Source: Octopus sinensis | Taxonomy: Eukaryota | Length of the DNA: 64,000 nucleotides | Assembly: GCF_006345805.1 (NCBI RefSeq) | Contig: NC_043005.1 | Location: 93,062,001-93,126,000, forward strand | Direction: 5' to 3' | Part shown: one piece after another, positions 63,440 to 64,000 of the stretch | How the letters are laid out: every line of letters begins with the position of its first letter | How positions within the stretch are numbered: the stretch's first letter is position 1 | Notes under the pieces: generated by a model | The model's input: only the letters and a program-made list of their open reading frames with translations | Told to the model about the DNA's origin: nothing | The model's database searches: none | Position numbers and translations under genes: made by a program

Positions 63440-63647
63440 ACATGTATGAGTGTGTTTGTGTATATATGTATGTATGTATGTATGTGTATGTGTGTGTGTA
63501 TATATGTATGTATATATATACACACACACACGCACACAAACATACACAAGTTGACGTAATGTCTTGTGCATTTGTCTCCACTTCTGTCTATTTGTGTTAT
63601 GTCTTTCTCTACACAAACACAGTGATATGCACACACACACACACACA

Positions 63648-63693
<46 letters not shown>

Positions 63694-63700
63694 CTATCAA
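63440..63700. repeat. (TATG)n/(TG)n/(CA)n microsatellites
   Basis: Direct reading. Confidence 0.9.
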
Positions 63701-64000
63701 AGCCATGAAGTGTTGAACACTGACACACATCCTATTTAATGTAGGTCACAGTATACGAATATTGATTTCTGATGCTATATCAACTAAAACTAAGCCTGTT
63801 GTTGTTGTTCTTTTCTTGGATGTTCTAACAAGTCTCTACAAATGTCTGCACTAACTGCTGCTGCTGCCATATGCGATGCTCCTCCTCTTCACCCCCACTC
63901 CCTCACCCCACTCTCTCCATTGCTATTCCTGTTCACATCTATTTATGTCTTCTTTAAAAAGTTATTTTCGTCTTTCGAAAATCAGCTGTTTGTTGATGTG

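Noticed and set aside
63392-63730. Multiple long ORFs at the window end (and at 2900-3285, 15133-15321, 25017-25379, 43724-44037)
   Set aside because: They are translations of (CA)n/(TG)n/(TA)n microsatellites.

Overview
AT-rich, microsatellite-rich eukaryotic DNA with no bacterial-style genes, operons, rRNA, true tRNA or CRISPR arrays. The repeat families (tRNA-headed SINEs, RTE LINE tails ending in (GAT)n, TTAACCCTTT-ended MITEs) look like those of an octopus/coleoid cephalopod; I recognised these from memory and did not search a database. Most ORFs in the supplied track are chance or microsatellite ORFs. The supportable coding remnants are decayed transposon genes: mariner and maT/DD37D transposases, plus RTE, Tx1-like L1 and R4/Dong LINEs. 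A handful of short + strand exon candidates, including a 4-nt microexon, join in frame but match no protein I recognise, so the host gene is unidentified and the window is probably largely intronic. The best second-look items are: (1) a complete minimal type I hammerhead ribozyme (4551-4596, minus strand) in a Penelope-like insert with an 11-bp target-site duplication; (2) a nest of microsatellite-targeting retroposons at 29.5-34.7 kb, which includes a 1.28-kb inversion that split a SINE onto opposite strands and left a 63-bp templated duplication; (3) an unclassified ~550-bp (TAA)n-targeting element in two inverted copies; (4) a ~96% identical 244-bp inverted repeat near 62 kb. Coordinates were read by eye, and repeat boundaries are approximate to within a few to tens of bases.
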